IMG/VR virus record: IMGVR_UViG_3300026549_000045 | Location: 32,001-96,000 of that record | DNA from: a virus | Lineage: Duplodnaviria; Caudoviricetes | Length of the DNA stretch: 64,000 bases | Strand: one strand, 5' to 3' | Shown: positions 10,205 to 18,490 of the stretch, piece after piece | Position numbering within the stretch: the stretch's first letter is position 1 | Layout: each line of letters starts with the position of its first letter | Program-made: the position numbers and the translations under genes | Notes under the pieces: generated by a model | What the model was told of the DNA's origin: nothing | Database searches by the model: none | What the model saw: the letters and a program-made list of their open reading frames with translations, nothing else

Positions 10205-10641
10205 AGACACAGGTAGCCGCAGACTGAATGGATTTCCTGCGAAACTGCGGCGCACCGACAGCGGAGGGTGGTCTTGTTTATAGCACGTGCCAACATTTAC
10301 GGGCTATCGGCAAGTATCAAAAGACAGTTCAGAAGGTCGCGGGTTCGATTCCCGCCTTGCGTGCTAAGCAAGTAGTTCAGCTGGTTAGAACGTTTGAAGG
10401 TTGCAAAAGTTTGCAGGTTCGAGCCCTGCCCCGTCTTGGACGGGTGGCGGAAGTGGTAGACGCGGGTCTTTTTGGTAGATCTACTTATCGCAAAACAAAA
10501 AATGACGTTGCCGCACGACACTCATACGGAGAGGCCGTCGCCTCCCGAGAAGGATCTTGCTCTTGCTGAGTGTGGCAATGGTTCTTGCTTTTGTTCATGC
10601 CTTTGTCGCTGAAATCATCTGCCGTCGCCGGGCCTGTGTCT
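10205..10641 (+). ncRNA. Large structured RNA with two circularly permuted tRNA-like modules
   Basis: Closing stem AGACACAGG/CCTGTGTCT; T-arms GCGGG-TTCGATT-CCCGC and GCAGG-TTCGAGC-CCTGC, each followed by a loop-closed acceptor stem and then a D-arm. Confidence 0.7.
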
Positions 10642-10682
10642 TTTCATAGAATACGAATATTGACAAATACAAAGCTACAATT

Positions 10683-11549
10683 ATGTCAAATACAACTTCA
10701 GACTTAAAACCTATAAAGGGTAAGTGTATCTACACAACCAAAGGTGCCGCACGAGAGTATGGCCGTATAGGCTGTAACTTCTTCAAGGGATGCCCGCATG
10801 AGTGTGAATACTGCTACCTTAAACGTGGTGCGCCATCGGCAGAACTGGGTGGTAATACTGCTGTGCTGAAGAAATGTCTTGTCAACGAAGACAAGGCACT
10901 TGAGATATTCTGCAAGGAGGCACGGAAGCATATTGAAGTGCTTAAAAAGTATGGTGTATTCTTATCGTTCTCAACAGACCCGATGCTGACGGAGACCAGA
11001 GACCTGACGTTCTCTGCCATCAACTTCTGCATCAGTAATGACATCCATGTGAAGGTGCTTACCAAAAATGCGGATTTCATTCTCTACGACCGAATGAAAA
11101 ACCTGTGTGGCTCTACTGTAGCCAGGGACTATGTGGAGTTTGGCTTTACGTTGACAGGGCGTGACGATATGGAACCCAAGGCTTCATCAAACCACGACCG
11201 CATCGAGGCTATGAGGCTGTTGTATCAGCGTGGATTCAAGACTTTTGCCAGTATTGAGCCGGTCATCGACTGGACGCACTCAAAGATGGTTATAGACCTT
11301 TCGCTTGACTGCTGCAACCATTACAAGATCGGGCTTCGCTCTGGTGTGAAGAAAGACTATTATTCCGTATTGCGAAGCGGCATGGCCATTCAGGAAATGG
11401 TGGAGAAGATCGTGGCAGCAGGACGTACAGTCTACCTGAAGGAGAGCACCCGTGCCTTATTGCGCAGATGCTATATAGAAGAAGAGAGTGAGCGCATATT
11501 GAGTAAGACGCTTGACATTGACGGCAATCCATACAAAACAATTAAATAA
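10683..11549 (+). CDS. Radical SAM protein (SplB-like phage family)
   Basis: GCPHECEYCY CxxxCxxC; SFSTDP; ASIEPV. Confidence 0.85.
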   Translation: MSNTTSDLKPIKGKCIYTTKGAAREYGRIGCNFFKGCPHECEYCYLKRGAPSAELGGNTAVLKKCLVNEDKALEIFCKEARKHIEVLKKYGVFLSFSTDPMLTETRDLTFSAINFCISNDIHVKVLTKNADFILYDRMKNLCGSTVARDYVEFGFTLTGRDDMEPKASSNHDRIEAMRLLYQRGFKTFASIEPVIDWTHSKMVIDLSLDCCNHYKIGLRSGVKKDYYSVLRSGMAIQEMVEKIVAAGRTVYLKESTRALLRRCYIEEESERILSKTLDIDGNPYKTIK

Positions 11550-11556
11550 AAAAAGT

Positions 11557-12267
11557 ATGCAAGACCAAAGATATGACCAGCTCCGCGAGATTCTGGGAGC
11601 GAATGCCGAAAAGGGCATTGACGAAAGATTCAAAGAACTGTTGCGTAATAATGAACGTGACTTTGATGAAATGATGGAGGTACAGCGTGATTTGGAACCT
11701 AAGTACGTCATTGTGAAGGAAGGTGAGCTGTACAGGTTCCGTGCCAGGTACGTAGACATGCACCGCACGTTGCTCTCGCAGAACGAGATACGCCAGCGTC
11801 TGTGTGACGGTGGTGGTTTCTGGGGCGTTGACGGCGAGAAGCGGCTGGTGACGCTCTATGACAGCAGCTCTGACTTCGGATTTCCAAAGCATATTGAGGA
11901 AGCTATCCACATGGACGGATGGCACCTGCTGGAGATACTTGGCCGGGTGTGTGACAAAAAAGGTGGACTGGTTGACCTCTCGGGTTATCAGATCTCCTAT
12001 ATGGACCGTCAGCATGAGCGTCACTATGTGGACTATCTGAGCAAGGAGGAAGCCGAGGTACTGGAGTACGGCACAAAAGTACAACCTCGTGACATCCGCG
12101 ATAACGACAATCCCGAAGCAGTTGAGCGCATGAAACGACTGTCACGCGAGGACTACGAGAGATTCGGTCGTTGTACGAACTATACACCTCCCAGCACTGT
12201 GAACAAGAAGAAGCGCAAGGCAAAGAACCGTCAGCAGAAGCAGTCACGTAAACGTTCAAGAAGATGA
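11557..12267 (+). CDS. Hypothetical protein, possible Janus/PHPT1-like domain
   Basis: H...CDGGGF...VTLYDSSSDFG; start moved to ATG 11557. Confidence 0.65.
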   Translation: MQDQRYDQLREILGANAEKGIDERFKELLRNNERDFDEMMEVQRDLEPKYVIVKEGELYRFRARYVDMHRTLLSQNEIRQRLCDGGGFWGVDGEKRLVTLYDSSSDFGFPKHIEEAIHMDGWHLLEILGRVCDKKGGLVDLSGYQISYMDRQHERHYVDYLSKEEAEVLEYGTKVQPRDIRDNDNPEAVERMKRLSREDYERFGRCTNYTPPSTVNKKKRKAKNRQQKQSRKRSRR

Positions 12268-12375
12268 ATGACTATATAGAAAGAGCAGTTGCAGACATTG
12301 CACGGAAATGCCATGTCAAGCAAGATGAAGTCTGGGTAGCAATGAAAGAATTGTCAAATTTAAAATGTAAAAACA

Positions 12376-13125
12376 ATGGATAAAGCTCAGGAATTAAAGA
12401 TGCAACTCTTGAAAGAGTTTGGCATTATTGACGAAAAGAAAAGCGTGGACTTCTGCCGTGAAGCCTACAAGTTCCTAACCGAAGGTGAGCAGAATGATAC
12501 ACCTTCAGCCGCTCCGGCAGTATCCAGTGAAGAAGCCATTGCCGTAGATATGGGCCTTCCGTCAGGCACGCTATGGTGTGACCGTAATGTGGGTGCAAAA
12601 TCCCCCGAAGACTACGGTGCTTTCTTCTCTTGGGGCAATACCGATCCGCATTATCCAAACCGTGACAATATGGACTGGGGCGATGATGACGATGGCTTTG
12701 ACTATAGCTTTGACAGCGATACCTATGAAAAGACAGCGGGTTACAAACTGGAAGATAACATTGATATGGCCCATGATGCAGCCCGTGTCAATATGGGTGA
12801 ACCCTGGCAGATGCCTACGGAAGAACAGATTAAGGAGCTATTTGATAATTGCGACTGGGTGCGTAAAACCATCAATGGCGTCAACGGCTATCTGGTTACT
12901 TCTAAGATTAACGGTAACGTTATTTTCTTCCGTGCTTCCGGCGGCGGCTACGGGGCGACGTGGAACAATCGCGGTGCCATCGGTTACTACTGGTCATCGT
13001 CTTGGTACTCTGCCCGCAACGCTCGGAACTTGTTCTTCTTCTCTGATGGTGTGTACCCGCAGTACACGGGCGATCGGTTCGACGGTTTTGCGGTTCGTCC
13101 GGTCCAGTTATCTCACCAGAAATAA
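12376..13125 (+). CDS. DGR target protein 2 (remote), C-type-lectin-fold variable protein
   Basis: VDMGLPSGTLW...WQMPT...GYYWSSS...GFAVRPV; 3' end is a VR matching the TR at 62404. Confidence 0.9.
   Translation: MDKAQELKMQLLKEFGIIDEKKSVDFCREAYKFLTEGEQNDTPSAAPAVSSEEAIAVDMGLPSGTLWCDRNVGAKSPEDYGAFFSWGNTDPHYPNRDNMDWGDDDDGFDYSFDSDTYEKTAGYKLEDNIDMAHDAARVNMGEPWQMPTEEQIKELFDNCDWVRKTINGVNGYLVTSKINGNVIFFRASGGGYGATWNNRGAIGYYWSSSWYSARNARNLFFFSDGVYPQYTGDRFDGFAVRPVQLSHQK
12922..13107 (+). repeat. DGR variable region VR2
   Basis: 186-bp ungapped match to TR; 18 differences at TR adenines plus one C>G near the 5' edge. Confidence 0.95.
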
Positions 13126-13140
13126 ACCATAAGTCAGGGA

Positions 13141-13178
13141 CAGCCACCAGCCGCTCCACCAAGAGCGGCACAAGGCTG
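13141..13178 (+). other. GC-rich hairpin downstream of VR2
   Basis: CAGCC..GCCGCTC-CACCAA-GAGCGGC..GGCTG. Confidence 0.7.
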
Positions 13179-13220
13179 GAACTGATAAACAAGTCACAAA
13201 CCTACAAATAGCGTAAGACA

Positions 13221-13889
13221 ATGGCAAGAATGGCACGAAGAGAGCGAGGCGTGTATGCTTTCCTGCAGAAGCCGTCAGAAATGCGACTGATGCCGGCTAA
13301 GTTCCGTTTGCTGATGGAGCAAGGTCGCGTGGCAGAAGCCATGCAGCCTGTGAACGATGCACTGGAACTGCTGGGTTACGGTAACTACATGCCAGACTAC
13401 CGCATCTTCTATGCCGACTTGTCGCCACAAGCCTCGCATCGTATGGACGAGAAGGAGCGCTGTTGTAGGCGTAATCCCTGGCTTGGCGAGTACATTGAGA
13501 ACTTTACTTCCACTCGCTTGCTCCGTAAGGCAGAGCGTGTCGCTGAGCACTTTGGCATGGAATATATCAAAGAAAAGTTCTGCCCTGTCTGCTGGGGTCG
13601 TCCGCAGTGTGTCAGCGAGAAGGAGATGGTGGATAAGATCGGATACATCGCCTCGCAGTCAGGTTCGGAACTCAGGCCGTCGATACAGCTTTACAATATT
13701 GCCGTTACTGACGAGTCGTACCGGCTGTATCACATGTCTATGCCTGTTGTATGGATGCGATACTCCTATCTTCGGCGTTTCCGTTCAGGGCAGGACATTA
13801 TCAACGTCTACCGCATGATGAAGGGTTCAGAGAAAGTTTACGACATCCCTCTGTTTCCATACCAGGGAGTGCCTGACTTTATGATATAA
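13221..13889 (+). CDS. Hypothetical protein
   Basis: 222 aa. Confidence 0.7.
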   Translation: MARMARRERGVYAFLQKPSEMRLMPAKFRLLMEQGRVAEAMQPVNDALELLGYGNYMPDYRIFYADLSPQASHRMDEKERCCRRNPWLGEYIENFTSTRLLRKAERVAEHFGMEYIKEKFCPVCWGRPQCVSEKEMVDKIGYIASQSGSELRPSIQLYNIAVTDESYRLYHMSMPVVWMRYSYLRRFRSGQDIINVYRMMKGSEKVYDIPLFPYQGVPDFMI

Positions 13890-13914
13890 GATTTAACCAA
13901 AACAAAATGTAATT

Positions 13915-15630
13915 ATGGCAGGACTACACGACATCGACAAAAAGGACTGGGAGAGGCTGTTGAAAGACAACGGATTCCAATTCGAGCGGGCGGGTAAGCA
14001 CCATATCTGGAAGCATGAGGACGGCAGGATTATACCTGTGCCTATGGGTCCTAAGATAAGTGCTCCTGTAGCCCGCAGGATGGTGAAGGAGAACAAGCTG
14101 GAGGGTGCCCCCTTCGGATGGAGCGACCTGTGGAAGAACGCCGATGCAAAGGCTCAGGCTATTGAGCAGCAGCGCAAGGAAGAAGAGGAGCGCCGCCTGC
14201 AGGAAAAGGCAGAGCGAGAAGCCAAGGAGCGTGAGGCAGAAGAGCGTCGCCAGAAGGAGGCCGAGCGTCTGAGGAAAAGAGCCGAGGATGCCCGCCGTGA
14301 GAAGGAACAGCGTCAGATAGCAGCTGATGCCGCCAACCGCGAAGCATTGGAGAAAGCCAAGGCTGCACTTGCGGATACTGACGAACAGCAGCCTACAGCA
14401 TCGACAATCCCCACCACTACACCTGTGGCAAAAGCAGCACCAGTTGCCAAGCCTACTGAAACATCAAGCAATTTAACCCCTAAAGCAGTGATTTATATGA
14501 ACGAAAAAAGATTGGAGAACTTCCACGAATACCTCTGTGCGGTCGTGGACTACTATCACAAGAACGGCAAGATCCTAAAGAATTTCTCTTTCCTTGCCAA
14601 GCAGTACAGGGTGAAAGGTATCACCCAAGAAATCTTTAAGAAATACAAGTTGGGCGACCTGAAACCCGGAGAGAAACCCTCACGCAAGCTGTCGGACACC
14701 ATCCGTTTGGAAATGGCCGAGCAGGACATGAAGGCCAGAGAACAGATGCTGGCAGCCTACCAGAAGTCGCAGGACGAAAAGGAGGCCGAACAGCAGCAGG
14801 AGCCTGAGCACGAGCAGACACTGGAGGAACGTATCGACACCTTCGAGGCACGCTTTGACCTGCTTGGCCCTATGTTCGCACAAATAAGCAGTCAGCTGGC
14901 CGAAAGCTACAAGAAGAATTTCGGTCCTCACGCCGACGATTTGCTGGGTAAGGACACATGGCAGGTGCGTCTTTCTCCAGAGCCTTATCTGAACGAGTGG
15001 GCAAACAATGTGGAGTTTGACCTGACAAGGATTGTGTTTGACAATGCCGAACCCGAAGAGGTGAAGATGCTGTTGCCAAAGTGGAACGACAAGATTCTCC
15101 ATGCCTACCTGACGTGGCTCTATGGCGGCAAGGACGGTACGCAGATTAAGCTGGACTTCGACGAGCGCGGCAAGGCTGACTCACAGAACGATGCTCTGAT
15201 AGACCTGTTGCGCGACCAGGGCTTGCTCGACCAGATGATGTTTGTGAAGATAGAGTCGTGGAAAGGCAATGCCCATTGTGTAGCCGTCTATAAGGATGCA
15301 CCCGACATTCTGATGGTCATTGGTGAGGGCGCAACGGACTTCTACACCGTAGCCGATGATATCTGGTACTCTTATTGTGGCGATACGGTACTCTGTCCAG
15401 AGCGTAACTTCAGCTTCGGTGGCTGGGGAACACGTAGCATGGTAGGCTTCTGCCTGCGCCAGATGCTCTCTGAGGATAATCACAAGGCAGCCTTGAAGGA
15501 GCAGCAGAATGTGAGCAAGCAGATGCACGGCAAGCTGATGGACGACATCAATAACTACCGCGACATCTGGCAGATGTATCACGACGACTTCAACAAGCAG
15601 CAGCGTAAGAACATGGTTGATTTTGGATAA
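13915..15630 (+). CDS. Multidomain protein with N-terminal HicA-like domain and coiled coil
   Basis: WERLLKDNGFQFERAGKHHIWKHEDGRIIPVP, then E/R/K coil and P/T linker. Confidence 0.7.
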   Translation: MAGLHDIDKKDWERLLKDNGFQFERAGKHHIWKHEDGRIIPVPMGPKISAPVARRMVKENKLEGAPFGWSDLWKNADAKAQAIEQQRKEEEERRLQEKAEREAKEREAEERRQKEAERLRKRAEDARREKEQRQIAADAANREALEKAKAALADTDEQQPTASTIPTTTPVAKAAPVAKPTETSSNLTPKAVIYMNEKRLENFHEYLCAVVDYYHKNGKILKNFSFLAKQYRVKGITQEIFKKYKLGDLKPGEKPSRKLSDTIRLEMAEQDMKAREQMLAAYQKSQDEKEAEQQQEPEHEQTLEERIDTFEARFDLLGPMFAQISSQLAESYKKNFGPHADDLLGKDTWQVRLSPEPYLNEWANNVEFDLTRIVFDNAEPEEVKMLLPKWNDKILHAYLTWLYGGKDGTQIKLDFDERGKADSQNDALIDLLRDQGLLDQMMFVKIESWKGNAHCVAVYKDAPDILMVIGEGATDFYTVADDIWYSYCGDTVLCPERNFSFGGWGTRSMVGFCLRQMLSEDNHKAALKEQQNVSKQMHGKLMDDINNYRDIWQMYHDDFNKQQRKNMVDFG

Positions 15631-15642
15631 AGGAGTACGGCT

Positions 15643-16401
15643 ATGGGAGGATTGAAGAAATTCGTGTTGCAGGGTATGCAAACAGATGTAGAGACCATCG
15701 AGGCGAGGGTGAAGCGCTTGAAGAGCGCCATCCTCCCCGGTGTGATACATACTTCGCTCGACCTGTACTATAACGACCTGAAGGGCGAGAGCGAGGCTTA
15801 TACCGCCCGACTGGAACTATGGCAGGAAGATACCGTCAGCTATCGCACCATACATGCCCGCTGTGGTTCTTTCGATGAAGCGCTGAAGAAGATACAGGAG
15901 TACGAGGCATGTCTGATTGCAGGTAAGAAGACGGATGGTTTTGAGGTTTATAATGGTAAGAAACGTTACGAGGAAGAACTCAGCGACGAGCCAGATACGA
16001 ACGGCCCCTTCGAGACAAGGGCTGAGTTTACCACATGGACGGATGTACTGAACAAGCACATGAGATCCGACAAGAATGGAGAAATCAGCGACGAACCGCG
16101 TACTGTCGCCGAACTGCCTCGTCTGAGTCACGGCATGGCGGTAGTGGTGCCTATCCCCCAAAAGGACGGAAAGATTCGCTGGTACATCGACTGGTTTGAC
16201 TATGCCATTTATAAAAAGGACACAAAGGATGTCTGTTTCGTCTGCATCCACGACGAGCACGATGGAATCTTTCCGCTTGATCCATACATCAGCCATGCCC
16301 TTAATGTAGGACACCCGGTACCACAAGCCTATACGCTGTGGTTGAAGAAGACCATCGGTGACATCAAGGCTACATTAAAAAATAATAAGGAGTATAGATA
16401 A
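15643..16401 (+). CDS. Hypothetical protein
   Basis: 252 aa, AAGGAG upstream. Confidence 0.75.
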   Translation: MGGLKKFVLQGMQTDVETIEARVKRLKSAILPGVIHTSLDLYYNDLKGESEAYTARLELWQEDTVSYRTIHARCGSFDEALKKIQEYEACLIAGKKTDGFEVYNGKKRYEEELSDEPDTNGPFETRAEFTTWTDVLNKHMRSDKNGEISDEPRTVAELPRLSHGMAVVVPIPQKDGKIRWYIDWFDYAIYKKDTKDVCFVCIHDEHDGIFPLDPYISHALNVGHPVPQAYTLWLKKTIGDIKATLKNNKEYR

Positions 16402-16418
16402 ACATTAAAAGAAAAATT

Positions 16419-16976
16419 ATGGAACAGAACAAGATTCAAGAAGCTGCCAGACAGTTGGCAGAACGCAGTAAGAACCCTGTAGGCAACAAGTCAGAAGGAC
16501 GCAAGGGTTGTCTCGTAGTAATAGACGGCAAGCCACCCGTGGGCGACAATACCACGCTGATGCTATATACTGTAAAATTCCGTGCCGTTGACGAGAAGAA
16601 GCCTACCGCCTATTTCTCACTTGAAGAGTCAAACCAGCAGGTGGTCAATCGGCTCATTGCCATTATTACTGGCATTGACCTACAGAAGATAACCGACGGC
16701 ACGCTGAGCGAGGACGAGTGGCTGCTGCTGGACGAGAAACTGCCTATGCTGATAGATGCTCCGCTCTACATCGACGACACCCCTGCCCTATCGTTGGCCA
16801 ACCTGAAGCGTCGCGTGACAAACCTCGCAAAAGACAACGGCGTGCGCCTGGTGGTAGTGAACCATCTGAACGAGCTGACCGACGACGGAACGCCTACCAA
16901 TGCTCACCGTATCGAGGCCAACCTGAAATCTATTGCCGAAGAGCTGGGTATCACCATTATTGCTGTACAGGACTAA
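16419..16976 (+). CDS. Degenerate DnaB C-terminal-domain protein
   Basis: AYFSLE, PLYIDDTPALS, VRLVVVNHL, LKSIAEELGITIIAV; Walker motifs altered. Confidence 0.8.
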   Translation: MEQNKIQEAARQLAERSKNPVGNKSEGRKGCLVVIDGKPPVGDNTTLMLYTVKFRAVDEKKPTAYFSLEESNQQVVNRLIAIITGIDLQKITDGTLSEDEWLLLDEKLPMLIDAPLYIDDTPALSLANLKRRVTNLAKDNGVRLVVVNHLNELTDDGTPTNAHRIEANLKSIAEELGITIIAVQD

Positions 16977-16982
16977 TACATT

Positions 16983-17444
16983 ATGACCGAACAACAATTC
17001 CTGCAGCAAGTGTGGCGCCCATACGACAGTATTACCACCGACACGGGCATCAAGGGTCGCGTACAAAATGTATGCTTCCCTACCCGCTCGGTGCGGATCA
17101 AGATGCCAGACGGCCTGCCTGAGTGGTTCCGTTGTGAACAGATTGTTACCCATACTTCTGCCAGCGGTGAGACTACAGACCTTGATATCATCAGGGAGCA
17201 GCAGCAAATCATTAAGAACCTCGAAGCGCAGAACGCCCGTATATCAGAGGCAAAGCGCAATACAGAGGAGAAGCTGCATGAGGTGCGACAGAAACTTGAA
17301 GAGCGGATGCGTACTCCCGTAACCGCTGACCTGTTGAAGCAACTCAATGTCATCCTAAACCTGGTTCGCGAGAAGAAAGCAAGAGCCGAGAAACTGGAGG
17401 ACTGTATGGAGCAAGTGAGTGAGTTCTTAGAGAAAATGAAATAA
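16983..17444 (+). CDS. Hypothetical protein with coiled coil
   Basis: 153 aa. Confidence 0.7.
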   Translation: MTEQQFLQQVWRPYDSITTDTGIKGRVQNVCFPTRSVRIKMPDGLPEWFRCEQIVTHTSASGETTDLDIIREQQQIIKNLEAQNARISEAKRNTEEKLHEVRQKLEERMRTPVTADLLKQLNVILNLVREKKARAEKLEDCMEQVSEFLEKMK

Positions 17445-17452
17445 GACGAATT

Positions 17453-18037
17453 ATGATAGAGATACCGAAATATTCCATTGGAACCTTTAATCCGAATGCG
17501 CTGGAAGATAACCGTCGCACGGATTTCACACGCCGCATACCAACGGGCCTTTCAGACAAGCAGATGGCACGCGACTCAAAGATTGCCATGCAGATTATCC
17601 GTGCAGCAGAAGGCGGTACCGACGGTGGTGGAGAACAGCGTGTACTTGATTTGTTCTTCCGCAAGGCAAAGTTGCTGAGCAACCCACGCTATTGGGAGTT
17701 GATGCGCACGGTGTGGGTAGCCGCTGGTTCTACTGAGACGGCACAGAAGTTCCGAACACTGATGAAGTCTGGTCGTCCCTGCCGCTCATGGTTTATGACA
17801 CCAGAGGATGCAGAAGCGCTCGACAAGATGGAGTTTCCGATTACCGTCTGGCGGGCCTACGATGCTGTGCGCTACCCGATGCTGGACCCCGGCATATCAT
17901 GGACGCTTGACCGAGAGTGGTGCGAAGGATATGCCAAGAGCAAAGGACGTATCGTCAAACAGCGTGAGGTTTACCGCGATGAGGTCTTTGCCTACATCAC
18001 CCGTCGCAGTGAGGAAGAGATTATTATCCTGGACTAA
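17453..18037 (+). CDS. Hypothetical protein, possible R-S-E ADP-ribosyltransferase fold
   Basis: ITVWRA...GISWT...SEEEII. Confidence 0.55.
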   Translation: MIEIPKYSIGTFNPNALEDNRRTDFTRRIPTGLSDKQMARDSKIAMQIIRAAEGGTDGGGEQRVLDLFFRKAKLLSNPRYWELMRTVWVAAGSTETAQKFRTLMKSGRPCRSWFMTPEDAEALDKMEFPITVWRAYDAVRYPMLDPGISWTLDREWCEGYAKSKGRIVKQREVYRDEVFAYITRRSEEEIIILD

Positions 18038-18052
18038 TTCAAAACCAAAAAC

Positions 18053-18298
18053 ATGGGAGTAAAAATAAGTAAAGCTGCAAAAATGGGGGGGGGTAAATCT
18101 CCATTTGCTGGCAACGGCTTATCACGCACGGCGATGCTGTTCAAAATAGCACTGGTAGCAGGCCACAAACTGACCGTGACAGAGATGAATAAATTCAAGG
18201 ATGTAAATCCACGGAGTCTTGAACAAGTGTACAACGAAGTGGTGCGCGTCGGCGATCCAGGCAATGCACTTTTCGCACTGAAACTAATTTTAAAGTAA
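18053..18298 (+). CDS. Small hypothetical protein containing a G9 tract
   Basis: 81 aa; nine Gs at 18085-18093. Confidence 0.6.
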   Translation: MGVKISKAAKMGGGKSPFAGNGLSRTAMLFKIALVAGHKLTVTEMNKFKDVNPRSLEQVYNEVVRVGDPGNALFALKLILK

Positions 18299-18490
18299 CT
18301 ATATTATGACAAAAGAAACAAAATCAGGTATGACAGGCGACATTAACATTCCAGAAATCTGGTATTCGTAAGGAAATAGGGGCGGGAGTAAGAACTCGGA
18401 TAATGGCCCGAGTGGGTTTTTGTTTTTCTTTGACCCAGCCAGCGCCGTTCCTGTCCCTTATATTTATAAAACATTAACAGATAACAAGAT

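Noticed and set aside
10366-10437. Conventional tRNA gene (D-arm followed by T-arm)
   Set aside because: The acceptor halves AAGCAAG and CCCGTCT do not pair, there is no proper anticodon arm and no CCA; each half pairs with its permuted neighbour instead
10228-10569. 113-aa ORF in the track
   Set aside because: Overlies the structured RNA, atypical composition, no initiation context
16419-16976. Functional replicative helicase dnaB
   Set aside because: No N-terminal domain, broken Walker motifs, truncated C-terminus
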